A stretch of DNA of 64,000 nucleotides from contig CAVUKB010000010.1 in assembly GCA_963741955.1 (NCBI GenBank), positions 224,001 through 288,000 of the forward strand, given 5' to 3'. The notes under the pieces were generated by a model. It was not told the DNA's origin and did no database searches. It was given only the letters and a program-made list of their open reading frames with translations. Both the position numbers and the translations under genes were made by a program. Shown here one piece after another: positions 1 to 10,102 of this stretch; position 1 is the stretch's first letter; each line of letters begins with the position of its first letter. The stretch is from an uncultured Acidobacteriota bacterium. Its GTDB lineage: Bacteria > Acidobacteriota > Thermoanaerobaculia > Gp7-AA8.

Positions 1-561
1 AGAGTCGGCGTCACCCTGCCACAGGTCCGCGATTCCGAATCCTCCACAGAAGCCGATCCTTCCGTCGACGATCATCAGCTTCCGGTGAGTCCGGTGGTTG
101 ATCCGCGAGAGGTTGTACCAGCGGATCGCGTGATACCAGGTGATCTCGATTCCGTTCTGTGAGAGAAAGTCGATCAAGGCCTTGGACATCGTCGCAGAGC
201 CGACCGCGTCGAGAATGACCTTGACGCTCACCCCGGCGCGGGCTCGTTCCGCCAGTGCTTCGGCGAACGTCCTCCCCACCTCTCCATCCCAGTAGATGTA
301 GAACTCCAGGGTAATGGTCTGTTTCGATTCGCGGATCGCTTCGAGCATCGAAGGAAAGAAACGCACCCCGTTCTCCAGCACATCGACGCAATTGCCATCG
401 AGCAGAGGAGCTCCGGTCATCGCCTCGATGGAGCGGGGAAACGCTTCGTCCCGAACACCGAACTGATGGCGCAGCTGATAGTGAAGCGGCGCTTTCCGTC
501 GCACGATCGGCAGCGTCGGCCTTCGCGGATACTTCGATGGCTTGTTTTTTCGGAACAGCAT
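1..561 (-). CDS. cls: cardiolipin synthase / phospholipase D family (5' part, runs off window)
   Basis: Manual translation from ATG 561: ...VLENGVRFFPSMLEAIRESKQTITLEFYIYWDG...ILDAVGS...RTHRKLMIVDGRIGFCGG (HKD motif). TGATG overlap with the upstream gene. Absent from the ORF track because its stop is outside the window. Confidence 0.9.
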   Translation of the reverse strand, partial: MLFRKNKPSKYPRRPTLPIVRRKAPLHYQLRHQFGVRDEAFPRSIEAMTGAPLLDGNCVDVLENGVRFFPSMLEAIRESKQTITLEFYIYWDGEVGRTFAEALAERARAGVSVKVILDAVGSATMSKALIDFLSQNGIEITWYHAIRWYNLSRINHRTHRKLMIVDGRIGFCGGFGIADLWQGDADS

Positions 562-1076
562 CAGAAGGTCCGTCCGGCGTGCTGGAGCAGGAAGATCACA
601 CCGAAGACGATGAGCGCCAGGACCAGAACGGAGATCAGGAAACAGATCACGATCGCGATGACGGCGCCGGCGACGATGTCGCCACCACCGCGCGGAGGCC
701 GTTTCCGATCACGATGACGGATGACGATGTCGACGTTGCCGACGTTCTCGGTGAAGAAGACGTCGAAAATATCGCCGGCCACCGGAATGGCTCCGACGAT
801 CATGTCGATGGCGATGTTCATCAGCATCCGCGCGATCCAGCGGAGCGGAACCCGATGGCGGATGGCCCCGATCACGATCCAGAATGAAAGGACTCCGCCG
901 ATGACGTCGCCGACTCCCGGAATCAACCCGAGCGCGGCATCCAGCCCCACTCTCCGCCGGGTGCCGGGGATCGGAATTGCTGTGTCGAGGAGGACCGCGA
1001 ATCGGCGCAGCGCCACCAGGTCCGGCGGAAGCGCTTCATCCGGTTCGTAGACCTCCGGTATGATCGGCTCACTCAT
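561..1076 (-). CDS. DUF4112 family membrane protein
   Basis: LLDTAIPIPGT...GLDAALGLIPGVGD...GAIPVAGDIFD signature. Confidence 0.85.
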   Translation of the reverse strand: MSEPIIPEVYEPDEALPPDLVALRRFAVLLDTAIPIPGTRRRVGLDAALGLIPGVGDVIGGVLSFWIVIGAIRHRVPLRWIARMLMNIAIDMIVGAIPVAGDIFDVFFTENVGNVDIVIRHRDRKRPPRGGGDIVAGAVIAIVICFLISVLVLALIVFGVIFLLQHAGRTF

Positions 1077-1331
1077 CTCTGCCCCGACATTATGCAATGC
1101 CCCTGCGCACGGCGGGCAGAACTGTCGTTCCGGTCTCTACTTTGCACCCGGTTCTCGCAACTCGAAAGGGAGAGTGCCGCAAACTCGGAAAGTAACCCTC
1201 GACATCGGACCATGCGAGTCCGTGCAGCCTGCCGCTGACGATGCCGGCGACGTGCGTCTCCGAATGGTTCTCCGTTCAGTCGTCTATACTGGGACGGATC
1301 TCGGATACACCGGAACCGATTGCGGGAGGAT

Positions 1332-2765
1332 ATGAGCGAACAACCGCAGCATCCCGGCGGACGCCGATCGGCCAGAGAGCGGATTCAGGAGATCAGGCGG
1401 AGCCTCCTCTCCTTCTGGACGGACGAAGCGGTCCTGATCTACCGGAGGAGCGCCCAGGGGAAGCACCGCTTCCGAATTCATGCGATCGGGGGATTTCTGT
1501 TTCTGCGCGAAGTCGTGCGCGAGTCCCTTCGCAACCAGATTCTGACTCGCGCCGCGTCGCTGGCGTACACCACGCTCCTCTCGCTCGTTCCGCTGGTGGT
1601 CGCGTTCTCCTACGTCATCCGGAACTACTTCGCTCGTCTCTTCCCCGATTTCCGGGCCCAGCTCGACACGATTCTGAACCTGATCGTTCCCTACCGTTCC
1701 GGCGAGATCGCGTACCACATCAACCGGTTCGCACAGAACGCCGAGACCGCGTCGACGTTCGGCGCGGTCGTCTTTCTCCTGATCTCGTTCGAGCTCTTCA
1801 TGGCCGTCGAAGACACCGTGAACAAGATCTGGAAGGTGCCGAAAGCGCGTGGCTATCGTCAGAAGCTGCGCGCGTTCACCATGCTGCTGTTCTGGGGACC
1901 GCTCCTGATCGGGCTTTCCTTCACCACCACGTCGTCTCTGCAGAAGAGCCCGTACGTCAGCCGGTACGTCAGCAGCGACCTGGTCCTGACACTTCTGCCA
2001 TTGCTGATGCTCTTTGTCGCATTCACCATGCTGTTCTGGCTGGTTCCGGCCACCAGCGCCACGTTCAAGGCGGCGGTTCTCGGATCGGCGATCACATCCA
2101 TTCTCTTCGAGCTCGTTCGGAGCGCGTTCGGCTGGTACACCGCGCGCCTGTTCGCCGGACGTCTGAACATCATCTACGGTACCCTCGGCCTCCTGATCGT
2201 CTTTCTCGTCGCGCTCGAGCTGATGTGGGTGATCGTCCTTCTCGGCGTCGAAATCAGCTTCGTTTTCCAGAACCTCAGAGGCGTGCTCCGCGCGTCCGAG
2301 CTTCAGCTTCACGAGGATCCGCGCTACGACACGTACTTCGCGCTCCGTTCACTGGTCGAGATCACCCGCCGGTTCGAGATGCGTGAAGACGCGCCTTCCT
2401 CGTACCGTCTGGCGGAAGTGTTCGGCGCGACCGACCGGCAGATGATGAACGTTCTCCGTCGGCTCGAGGACCAGCAGCTCGTGAAAGAGATCGGAGGCGA
2501 CTGGGAAGGCTTCGTCCCCGGATTCGATCCCGACAAGATCTCCGTGGAAGAGGTTCTTCGGGTGATGGAAGGAGGCAATCGCGAGCTGCCGTTGACCGGC
2601 GACGAAGACCGGGTGAAGGAGTCGATCGCGCGGCTCTTCTCCGCGTTCGACGACTGCGTGGTGAAGACCCTCGGCGCGGTGACGATCACCCAGCTGGTGA
2701 GGGAAGTTCATGGACCGCAGCGTCCGCCCGCTGCGGAAGACGACGTGCGTCGGTTCCGGCCCTGA
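1332..2765 (+). CDS. YihY/BrkB family membrane protein with C-terminal Rrf2-like winged HTH
   Basis: RAASLAYTTLLSLVP, IYGTLG motifs; soluble C-terminal ~150 aa ending DPDKISVEEVLRVMEG; SD GGAGG. Confidence 0.85.
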   Translation: MSEQPQHPGGRRSARERIQEIRRSLLSFWTDEAVLIYRRSAQGKHRFRIHAIGGFLFLREVVRESLRNQILTRAASLAYTTLLSLVPLVVAFSYVIRNYFARLFPDFRAQLDTILNLIVPYRSGEIAYHINRFAQNAETASTFGAVVFLLISFELFMAVEDTVNKIWKVPKARGYRQKLRAFTMLLFWGPLLIGLSFTTTSSLQKSPYVSRYVSSDLVLTLLPLLMLFVAFTMLFWLVPATSATFKAAVLGSAITSILFELVRSAFGWYTARLFAGRLNIIYGTLGLLIVFLVALELMWVIVLLGVEISFVFQNLRGVLRASELQLHEDPRYDTYFALRSLVEITRRFEMREDAPSSYRLAEVFGATDRQMMNVLRRLEDQQLVKEIGGDWEGFVPGFDPDKISVEEVLRVMEGGNRELPLTGDEDRVKESIARLFSAFDDCVVKTLGAVTITQLVREVHGPQRPPAAEDDVRRFRP

Positions 2766-2808
2766 CCTCTTCGTCGATCGCTCCGGCCGGAGATCGCTCC
2801 GTTTCGAC

Positions 2809-3747
2809 TCACTCTTCGGCCGCGATCGGTCCGCGCGTTCTTCGCATTGCGCGAATCCGCCGGCCGACTTCGAGCGCCGTCGTGGTCCCGATCAGCCAGA
2901 CCAACCCGGCCGCGATCCCTGCGCCGATGTCGGACATCCAGTGAACCCCGAGGTAGAGACGCGAGCTGCTGATCGCGAGGACCATGGTCGTCGCGAAGGC
3001 GAACGCAGCCGAGCGGACCCTCCAGCGCGAGGCGATCCGAAAGACGACCCATGCGAGCGCGCCGTAAAGTGCGGTGGATCCGAGCGCGTGACCGCTGGGA
3101 AACGAGAAACCGTGAGCTTTCATCAGAGCTTCGGCGAGAGCGGGGCGGGCGCGGTGAAAGAAGCTCTTCAGCTCGAGGTCCAGCAGTCCCGCGCCGAGCG
3201 CGGTGCCGACCAGGTAGATGGCGAGTGCCCGCTGCCGTTTCCACATCAGGACCGCCCCGACGGCGAGGGTGATGATCCCGACACCCACCGGTGTTCCGAT
3301 CCGGGTCATTGTGGTGAAGAACGCCGTGGCCGAGCGGCCGCGATAATAGAGTGCCTGCGCGTGGACCTGCTGATCGACCGCCGCGAGGGCTGGACTCTGG
3401 CCGTGAACCATCTCCGCCAGATCGAGAAAACCGTCCCCGGCGACCATTGCCACGCCGATGGCCGCCGCGAGAAGGATGACGATCGGGAGGTAATCGACCG
3501 CTCCGCCGAACTGGTGCCGGAGCACGTCGACCCGGGCAGCCGCCCACGACCAGCGGACCCCCATTCGGGTCGTCCGCCTCCAGATTCCGCGTGCGAGCCG
3601 CCCTGCGACGGGGAGAAGAAACCGGAAGACGAGCCAGAACCCGAGGAAGAAGCCGGCGAAAAAGATCCATGGGAGGAACGGCGCGAAGGGAGAGGAAAAC
3701 GCGACGACGTCGGTGGTGGCTGGATTGGTGGCGATGAAAGTCGGCAA
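2809..3747 (-). CDS. PAP2 family membrane phosphatase
   Basis: KSFFHRARP, FSFPSGH, SRLYLGVHWMSD motifs; start uncertain. Confidence 0.88.
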   Translation of the reverse strand: MPTFIATNPATTDVVAFSSPFAPFLPWIFFAGFFLGFWLVFRFLLPVAGRLARGIWRRTTRMGVRWSWAAARVDVLRHQFGGAVDYLPIVILLAAAIGVAMVAGDGFLDLAEMVHGQSPALAAVDQQVHAQALYYRGRSATAFFTTMTRIGTPVGVGIITLAVGAVLMWKRQRALAIYLVGTALGAGLLDLELKSFFHRARPALAEALMKAHGFSFPSGHALGSTALYGALAWVVFRIASRWRVRSAAFAFATTMVLAISSSRLYLGVHWMSDIGAGIAAGLVWLIGTTTALEVGRRIRAMRRTRGPIAAEE

Positions 3748-3793
3748 TTGATTCTCGCGATCGTCCGCGCGAGTGGCGGTATGCAGACGGGTT

Positions 3794-5587
3794 TCAGAAG
3801 CCGCCCGACATGTACTTCCACTGCACGATCTTGTCATTGATCTCCCGAAGCCGCCGCGTGATCATCCGGCACAGCAGATTCAGGAACTGCAGTGATGCGT
3901 GCGGATCCATTGCCAGGATCTCGTTGAGCGTCGCGCGGTCGATGGAGAGGACGGTTGCGTCGGCTTCGTGAGCCTTCGCATCGGCGGAGCGTACGCTGTC
4001 GTCGATCAGTGCCATCTCGCCGAAGAAATCGCCTCGATCGAGGACCGCAAGCGCTTCCTCCCCGACGCCCGGTATGAATTTGGAGATACGGACCCGGCCA
4101 TCGAGGATGATGTAGAGCTTGTCGCCCTGTTCCCCTTCCCGCATGATCATCGACCCGGAACGGAATCTCTCTTCACTCGAGAAGGTGGCGAGGAGCTTCA
4201 TTTCCGCCGCGGAGAGACCGCGCTCACGGAACAGGTCCACTTTGTCTTCCGAACGGACCCGCACCTCCTGCGTTTCGCGGACACCTTCGATCTTCTTGCG
4301 ACCGCCACCCCGCTTCGCATCTTCGACGAAGAACGACTTCAGCTGTTCGTTCGCGTCGCGCACCTTCTCGGAGAGCGACCGCCAGAACGCCCAGTGGAGC
4401 GCCACCGCGATCTCCTTGTCCTCGTCCATCATCTGATCGAGCGCGCTGAAGGAGAAGGAGTAGCAGGCGGTGTCGGAGAGGGAGATCGCGTCGGAAGAGC
4501 GGTGGGTCCGGTCGATGAAATTCATCTCGCCGACGATCTTGTCCGCTCCGATCTCCGCAAGGCGCTGCGGGCCGAACGGCGTCTCTTTCCGCACTTCGAT
4601 CCGTCCGTCGCGGATGATGTAGAAGTCCATCGAACGATCGTTCTCGTGGAAGAGAAACTCACCCGAGCCGGATTCGACCAGCCTCGCGAAGCGGGAGAGG
4701 CGGAAGATCTGCTCATCCTTCATGTGACGGAACGTACCGAGCTTCCTCAGTTCCGACGCGATCTGGATCAGATTCTCTCGCTTCTCCACGTCGCGATTGA
4801 CCTTCGCGACGATCGCCCGAAGCTCTTTCCGCTCCACGCGGAAGAGGTTCTCTTTCCGGAACTCCAGCCGTTCGGTGCAAAGCTGCAGATGTTCGACCCG
4901 GTCCCGGATTCGGGCGTTCAGCTCTTTGGTCTCCAGCGACAGGATCCGCTTGAGCGTGTTGATCATCCGGCGGATCGGCTCCGAGCCCTCTCCCTTCTGA
5001 TCGGTGGAGAGGAGGAACGCGTCGACGAAGTCGTCGAGAGAATCTCCGAATCGTTTGAGCTCGAACTGGATGCGCCCGGAGAGCTCGGCCAGCTCACGGT
5101 CGAACGGGTTGAATTTGCGTGCGATCCGGATCTCTTCCCACGCCTGTTCCCATTCCCCTTCCGAGAAGTAGAGTCGTCCGAGAATCTCGTAGGGACGGTG
5201 GCTGCTGGGCGTCTTCAGCTTGGCGATCTCGAGCAGCTCGATCGCCTTGGTGGTCTGGTCCTTCTCGATGTAGTGCTGCGCAAGACCGATGTACTGAGAA
5301 GAGTCGATCTCGTCTCGCGACCGCTCTGCGTTGATGTCGCGCCGGACCTGTTCGAAGCGGGTGGTTTCGGCCTGCTTCTTCAGATCGACCACTCGAGCGA
5401 GATTGATACGCAGGGCGACCGAGCCGGGCGTGAGCTTGCACGCCATCTCGTACAGGTGGATCGCCTCGTCGTACATCGCCTGGTCGGCGTAGCGCCGCGC
5501 GAGCGCAGCGAGATCCTTCGCGTCGATCGGGATCGATGCGTCATCAGCGCTGAATCGTCGCGGCGACTTTGCCACCGGCTCTCCCAT
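3794..5587 (-). CDS. TPR protein with two cyclic-nucleotide-binding domains
   Basis: N-terminal TPR-like helices; two cNMP cassettes GEMNFID..RSSDA and GEMALID..RSADA; no HTH. Confidence 0.85.
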   Translation of the reverse strand: MGEPVAKSPRRFSADDASIPIDAKDLAALARRYADQAMYDEAIHLYEMACKLTPGSVALRINLARVVDLKKQAETTRFEQVRRDINAERSRDEIDSSQYIGLAQHYIEKDQTTKAIELLEIAKLKTPSSHRPYEILGRLYFSEGEWEQAWEEIRIARKFNPFDRELAELSGRIQFELKRFGDSLDDFVDAFLLSTDQKGEGSEPIRRMINTLKRILSLETKELNARIRDRVEHLQLCTERLEFRKENLFRVERKELRAIVAKVNRDVEKRENLIQIASELRKLGTFRHMKDEQIFRLSRFARLVESGSGEFLFHENDRSMDFYIIRDGRIEVRKETPFGPQRLAEIGADKIVGEMNFIDRTHRSSDAISLSDTACYSFSFSALDQMMDEDKEIAVALHWAFWRSLSEKVRDANEQLKSFFVEDAKRGGGRKKIEGVRETQEVRVRSEDKVDLFRERGLSAAEMKLLATFSSEERFRSGSMIMREGEQGDKLYIILDGRVRISKFIPGVGEEALAVLDRGDFFGEMALIDDSVRSADAKAHEADATVLSIDRATLNEILAMDPHASLQFLNLLCRMITRRLREINDKIVQWKYMSGGF

Positions 5588-5620
5588 GGAAGTCGATATT
5601 ATACAGTTCGCAAGTCTCAG

Positions 5621-6814
5621 ATGACCGGAGGTTTGAACGACGTGGCCCGATTCCGGCGAGAAACCGCTCGGCGCGGTGTTCACCTGGCCCCCGCCGGGCT
5701 CCTCGTGCTGGTCCTCGCCGCCTTCACGGTTGCGGGTCACGCAACTCCCCCCGGTTCCGCTGCCGGCACCGCCCCGGCGGTCGAAGCCGGATACCTCCCT
5801 GCTCTACCCGGCTACGAATTCCACTTTCCGGAAGACCAGGGGGCGCATCCCGGATACCAGAACGAATGGTGGTATTTCACCGGTCACCTCTTCTCTTCCG
5901 ATGAGCGGGAGTACGGATTCGAGGTGACGTTTTTCCGCGTCGGAGTGCGGCCGCCGGGTAACGAGAGCCGGACGGCGTGGGATCTCCACGACCTCGCAAT
6001 GGCGCACTTCGCGCTCACCGACATACCCGACGGAGACTTCCGGTATGCCGAACGGCTCAATCGCGAGAGCCCCTACACCGCCATGGCGGCAACAGGACGT
6101 CTCTCGGTGTTCAACGAGGGATGGCACGTCGAAACCAGAGAGGATGGAAGCTGGAGTCTGCATGCGGCGTCGGGCGGCGACGCCGTCGATCTCGTGCTCA
6201 CTCCTCTCAAGCCGCCGGCGATCCACGGCGAGAACGGCGTGAGCGTCAAGGCGCCGGGAATCGGCTATGCCTCCCACTACTACTCCTACACCCGAATCGC
6301 AGCGAGCGGCACCATCCGCTCGAAAGGAGTCACTCGGCGGTGCAACGGCACGGTCTGGATGGATCACGAGTTCGGCAGCGCGACGCTTTCCGAAGCTCAG
6401 GCGGGTTGGGACTGGTTCTCGGTGCAGCTCGACGACCACACCGAACTGATGCTGTATCAGATGAGACAGAGGAACGGCCGCATCGCCGACACCTCGTCCG
6501 GATCCTTCGTCGCGGCGGACGGACGGGTGATCCATCTCCGCCATGACGAATTCCTGATCGAGCCGCGCGGGTCGTGGACCTCTCCCGCGACAGGAGCGAC
6601 GTACCCCATGGGCTGGACACTCACGGTGCGGCCCCTCGGACTTCGGATCACCCTCGATCCGGTGATGCGCGATCAGGAGCTCGCGACGACAGAGTCGACC
6701 GGGGTGACCTACTGGGAAGGTGCGGTTCACGTCGACGGCCGAGCCGGCGGGACTCCGGTGCAGGGCGAGGGTTACGTCGAGATGACGGGGTATGACGAAT
6801 CGCTGCGGCCTTGA
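5621..6814 (+). CDS. AttH/CrtC-like lipocalin-domain secreted hydrolase
   Basis: HPGYQNEWWYFTG, WMDHEF, GWDWFSVQL, YWEGAV, GYVEMTGY; signal-like N-terminus; start uncertain. Confidence 0.85.
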   Translation: MTGGLNDVARFRRETARRGVHLAPAGLLVLVLAAFTVAGHATPPGSAAGTAPAVEAGYLPALPGYEFHFPEDQGAHPGYQNEWWYFTGHLFSSDEREYGFEVTFFRVGVRPPGNESRTAWDLHDLAMAHFALTDIPDGDFRYAERLNRESPYTAMAATGRLSVFNEGWHVETREDGSWSLHAASGGDAVDLVLTPLKPPAIHGENGVSVKAPGIGYASHYYSYTRIAASGTIRSKGVTRRCNGTVWMDHEFGSATLSEAQAGWDWFSVQLDDHTELMLYQMRQRNGRIADTSSGSFVAADGRVIHLRHDEFLIEPRGSWTSPATGATYPMGWTLTVRPLGLRITLDPVMRDQELATTESTGVTYWEGAVHVDGRAGGTPVQGEGYVEMTGYDESLRP

Positions 6815-6966
6815 CGAAAATGAATGCAGAATTCAGAATCGATAAATGAACGATATAAATGATATGTATATCAATCACGCTGATTGCACGCAGTAATTGA
6901 TACCCATTCGTCTCGTCCGTGCCGCAATATTCTCTCCGCTCCGTCAATGAAGGTTCCGCTCCCCCT

Positions 6967-8469
6967 TCAATGTTCGTTCGAGGCGCCGAGGTTTCTGTCG
7001 AGAGTCGCGATCGGGAGATCCCGCTCCCAACCTACGGGGGGAGGAACGGAGTGCGCTCCGCGGCCGGGTATGGGCGCGGGCGGTCTGACGCCGTGGAGCG
7101 GCAGCATGCAGAAGAACGTGCTTCCTGCGCCGACCTCGCTCTCCACCCGGACTGCGCCTCCCTGCATCTCGACGAACCTCCGGACGAGGGCGAGTCCGAG
7201 CCCCGTCCCCTCGGTCCAGCTCTGCGGCTGCGCCACGCGGTGAAATTCGTCGAACACGTGCGGGACCTCCTCCGGAGGGATCCCGTTCCCATGATCGGTG
7301 ACCGCCATCTCGAGAGCTTCGTCCTCTCTTTTCTCCGCCTCGACTTTCCGCGCGGAAACCGACACGGTCGAGCCGGCAGGAGAGAACTTGATGGCGTTGG
7401 AAAGGAGGTTGTAGAGGATCTGCTTGAATTTGGCCGGATCGCTTCGCAGCGCGGGGAGATCCTGAGGGAGTTCCGTCGCGATGTCGACGCCGTACTGCAC
7501 GGCCATCCCGCGCACCACGTTGCAGACCAGTTCGATTGCGTCGTCGCTGCGGAAGGTCTCCGGATGGAGCTCCATCCTCCCGGCTTCGATCTTAGCCAGA
7601 TCGAGGATGTCGTTGATGACGTCGAGCAGGTGCTGACCGGACGTCAGAATGTTGCGCAGGAATGCGAGATGTTTCGGATCGGCCGCACCTTCCAGCCGCT
7701 GCACCAGAATCTCGGAAAAACCGATGATCGAGTTCATCGGCGTGCGCAGCTCGTGGCTGACGGTCGCGAGGAACTGGCTCTTCATCCGATCAGCCTCGAA
7801 CATCCGGCGGTTCGATTCGGAGAGCTCCTGCGTCCGTTCCTCGAGCTGCCGGGTCAGCCGGACGAGCTCGTCCATCTTCCGACCATCTTCGTTGCGGAGA
7901 TTACGGATCAGCATGCGCTTCCGCTTCAGATTGAGGATACCGGCGAGAAAGAAACTCGACGCGCCGAAGAGGAAGAGGAGTCGCATCATGGCGAGAAAGA
8001 AGACGTGATCGAGCCCACGGATCTCTCCGCCGTACACCAGCATTCCGATGTAGAGGATCGAGTCGCCGAGAACCACTGCGACCAGTCCGGGGAGATCGAG
8101 GACGAAGGCCGCTGCGCCGGCGGTGGCGATGTACCAGATGAACCATGGACTCTGGGCGCCGCCGGTGAGGTAGACCGCAGTGGTGGTTGCGAGCGCGTCG
8201 ATCGCGATCCAGTAAGGGTTGAGATCCATCCCCAGCCGTTCGTCGACGCGTTGCTGGAAGAGCCGGTAAAAGAAGAGAGTCTGCGCCACGCAGACCACGA
8301 GTGCGATGATCGCCGCGGTCCAGCTGACGTCGAGGGTTCCGGTGAGCTTCGCAATCCCCGCGATCACGAAGCTGACGACGTAGATCGCGAGCCGGCTCCG
8401 TTGAACCGCGAGGTTGAATCTGAGCGCTCCCTCGTCGGAGCGGTTCTCGAGTGCGTCGCTCTCGACCAC
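6967..8469 (-). CDS. membrane sensor histidine kinase
   Basis: ~5 TM segments; SHELRTPMNSIIGF H-box; NLLSNAIKF, DHGNGI, GTGLGL boxes. Confidence 0.92.
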   Translation of the reverse strand: MVESDALENRSDEGALRFNLAVQRSRLAIYVVSFVIAGIAKLTGTLDVSWTAAIIALVVCVAQTLFFYRLFQQRVDERLGMDLNPYWIAIDALATTTAVYLTGGAQSPWFIWYIATAGAAAFVLDLPGLVAVVLGDSILYIGMLVYGGEIRGLDHVFFLAMMRLLFLFGASSFFLAGILNLKRKRMLIRNLRNEDGRKMDELVRLTRQLEERTQELSESNRRMFEADRMKSQFLATVSHELRTPMNSIIGFSEILVQRLEGAADPKHLAFLRNILTSGQHLLDVINDILDLAKIEAGRMELHPETFRSDDAIELVCNVVRGMAVQYGVDIATELPQDLPALRSDPAKFKQILYNLLSNAIKFSPAGSTVSVSARKVEAEKREDEALEMAVTDHGNGIPPEEVPHVFDEFHRVAQPQSWTEGTGLGLALVRRFVEMQGGAVRVESEVGAGSTFFCMLPLHGVRPPAPIPGRGAHSVPPPVGWERDLPIATLDRNLGASNEH

Positions 8470-8599
8470 CGCCGATGGACCTTTCTGGCGACCTCCGGTG
8501 GAGGGACGCCGTCTCCTGTTCGAAAGATCCAGTGTAGCACCGGGCCGCCTCGAAGAGGGCGGCGGGTGGTCCGGTGCCGCCGGTGTCGCGAACCCGAGA

Positions 8600-9682
8600 T
8601 CAGCGAATTCCGCGGCGCGTCATGAGATACGTCGCAAAGCTTCCCAGCCAGTGGCCTCCCTCGTAATGCTCACCGGTCACCGCCGCCAATCCCTGCTGCG
8701 CGTGAGCTCTCGCGGTGGCCTGAAGGGACTTGACCCGCGGGTCCGCAGCGGGGAGTCCGGATGCGATGCCTTCCAGCATCCACGCACGGCTCAGGTCGAG
8801 TCCGTCGAGGTGCGCGAGTTTACCGTCCGTCGGGTCGGGCGAGACTTCGGGAGTGAGCCACCCGGTTGAACCGTCCAGCGGCACGTCCGGAAGAAAACGT
8901 CCCAGCCATGCCGCGTACTCGGCCGGCTTGAGCACCCGGCGCACGACATCCGCTTCGGCGAGACACGGCGAGAGAAAATCTTCGCCTGACGGCTCGTAGC
9001 TGAGTGGGCAATCCCGGTCGGGTACATAGAACTGGCGAATCTTCTTTTCCGCCAGGCTCTTCATCGCCGCGTCTCCGCTGCTCTCCGCCCAGTCGGAGAT
9101 CAGCCCGAGCGCGAACGCAGTCTGGGAGTGCTCACCCGACCGGATCGGGTGCTCGAGCTTGGGGAGCCATTCACTGAGCCGGGCCGCGACGGCCGTTTCC
9201 AGAGGCTGGAGGTTCTGCGACAACTGCTTCGCATCGGGGTCGTTCCACTCGCGCAGCTCCGTACCGAGCTGCAACAGCCAGGCGAGTCCGTAGGGACGTT
9301 CGAAACTGGCGCGGCCGGGGCCGTTGAAGTACGCGACCTCGCTCCGGATGTGATCCGCAGTGATGTTCCCGGCAAGCGCGGTCTTCGCCCTGGCGGCGAA
9401 AGGCTGGTCGGGATAGAGGCGGGCGAGGCGCGCCAGCATCCAGTGTCCATGGACCGCCGAGTGCCAGTCGAAACAGCCGTAGAACGCCGGCGTCAGTGCC
9501 CTCGGCGTCTTCGCGTCCGCATCGCTCTGCATCACGTGAGCGATCTTGTTCGGGTACTCCTTCTGGACGCAGGCAAGGGCCAGGTCTGCAAAACGCCCTG
9601 CGACGGCGGGATCCATCGGCGGCTCACCTCCGAGTGCGGGGAGTGCAAAGAGGGGGAGAAGAGCGAGAGCAAGCCATCTCAT
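8600..9682 (-). CDS. DUF2891 family secreted protein
   Basis: EYPNK, PAFYGCFDWHSAVHGHW, FERPYGLAW, YEGGHWLGSFA; signal peptide. Confidence 0.85.
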   Translation of the reverse strand: MRWLALALLPLFALPALGGEPPMDPAVAGRFADLALACVQKEYPNKIAHVMQSDADAKTPRALTPAFYGCFDWHSAVHGHWMLARLARLYPDQPFAARAKTALAGNITADHIRSEVAYFNGPGRASFERPYGLAWLLQLGTELREWNDPDAKQLSQNLQPLETAVAARLSEWLPKLEHPIRSGEHSQTAFALGLISDWAESSGDAAMKSLAEKKIRQFYVPDRDCPLSYEPSGEDFLSPCLAEADVVRRVLKPAEYAAWLGRFLPDVPLDGSTGWLTPEVSPDPTDGKLAHLDGLDLSRAWMLEGIASGLPAADPRVKSLQATARAHAQQGLAAVTGEHYEGGHWLGSFATYLMTRRGIR

Positions 9683-10102
9683 GGCAGAAATCTAACAGAA
9701 AACGTGCGGGACGGTGCAGACGGGGAGAGCCGATCCCTGGAGGGAGCCGCGCCGTTCTCGTCGACTGGACCCCGACCTCCCTTCCCGGGATCGCTCGCAA
9801 CGCGCGTAGCCTCTTCGTAGCGCGGGGGCCGAACCCGTGAAGGAGCTTGCGTTTCGGTTCTTCTCACCACTTCATCGCGTTCAGGCATCGCGCGGAACAG
9901 GCACACCCCGATCGGCCGGCAACCCGACAGCTGTCGCATGACGTTTCCCTTCCATTCAGGGAGTTCCGACGGATGGCACGTCTTCCCGTGCGTGACAGCA
10001 GCAGCGAAGAATCACGGCCGGAGATCGCGGATAGCGACTGCGAGCCACTTTCTCGACTCAGGGCGAGTCGGCTGCGCAGCGACGTAGCGTGAGATAAGAG
10101 CG

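Noticed and set aside
3899-5620. Long N-terminal extension of the 971-aa plus-strand ORF
   Set aside because: Antisense shadow of the TPR-cNMP gene; only 5621-6814 is credible
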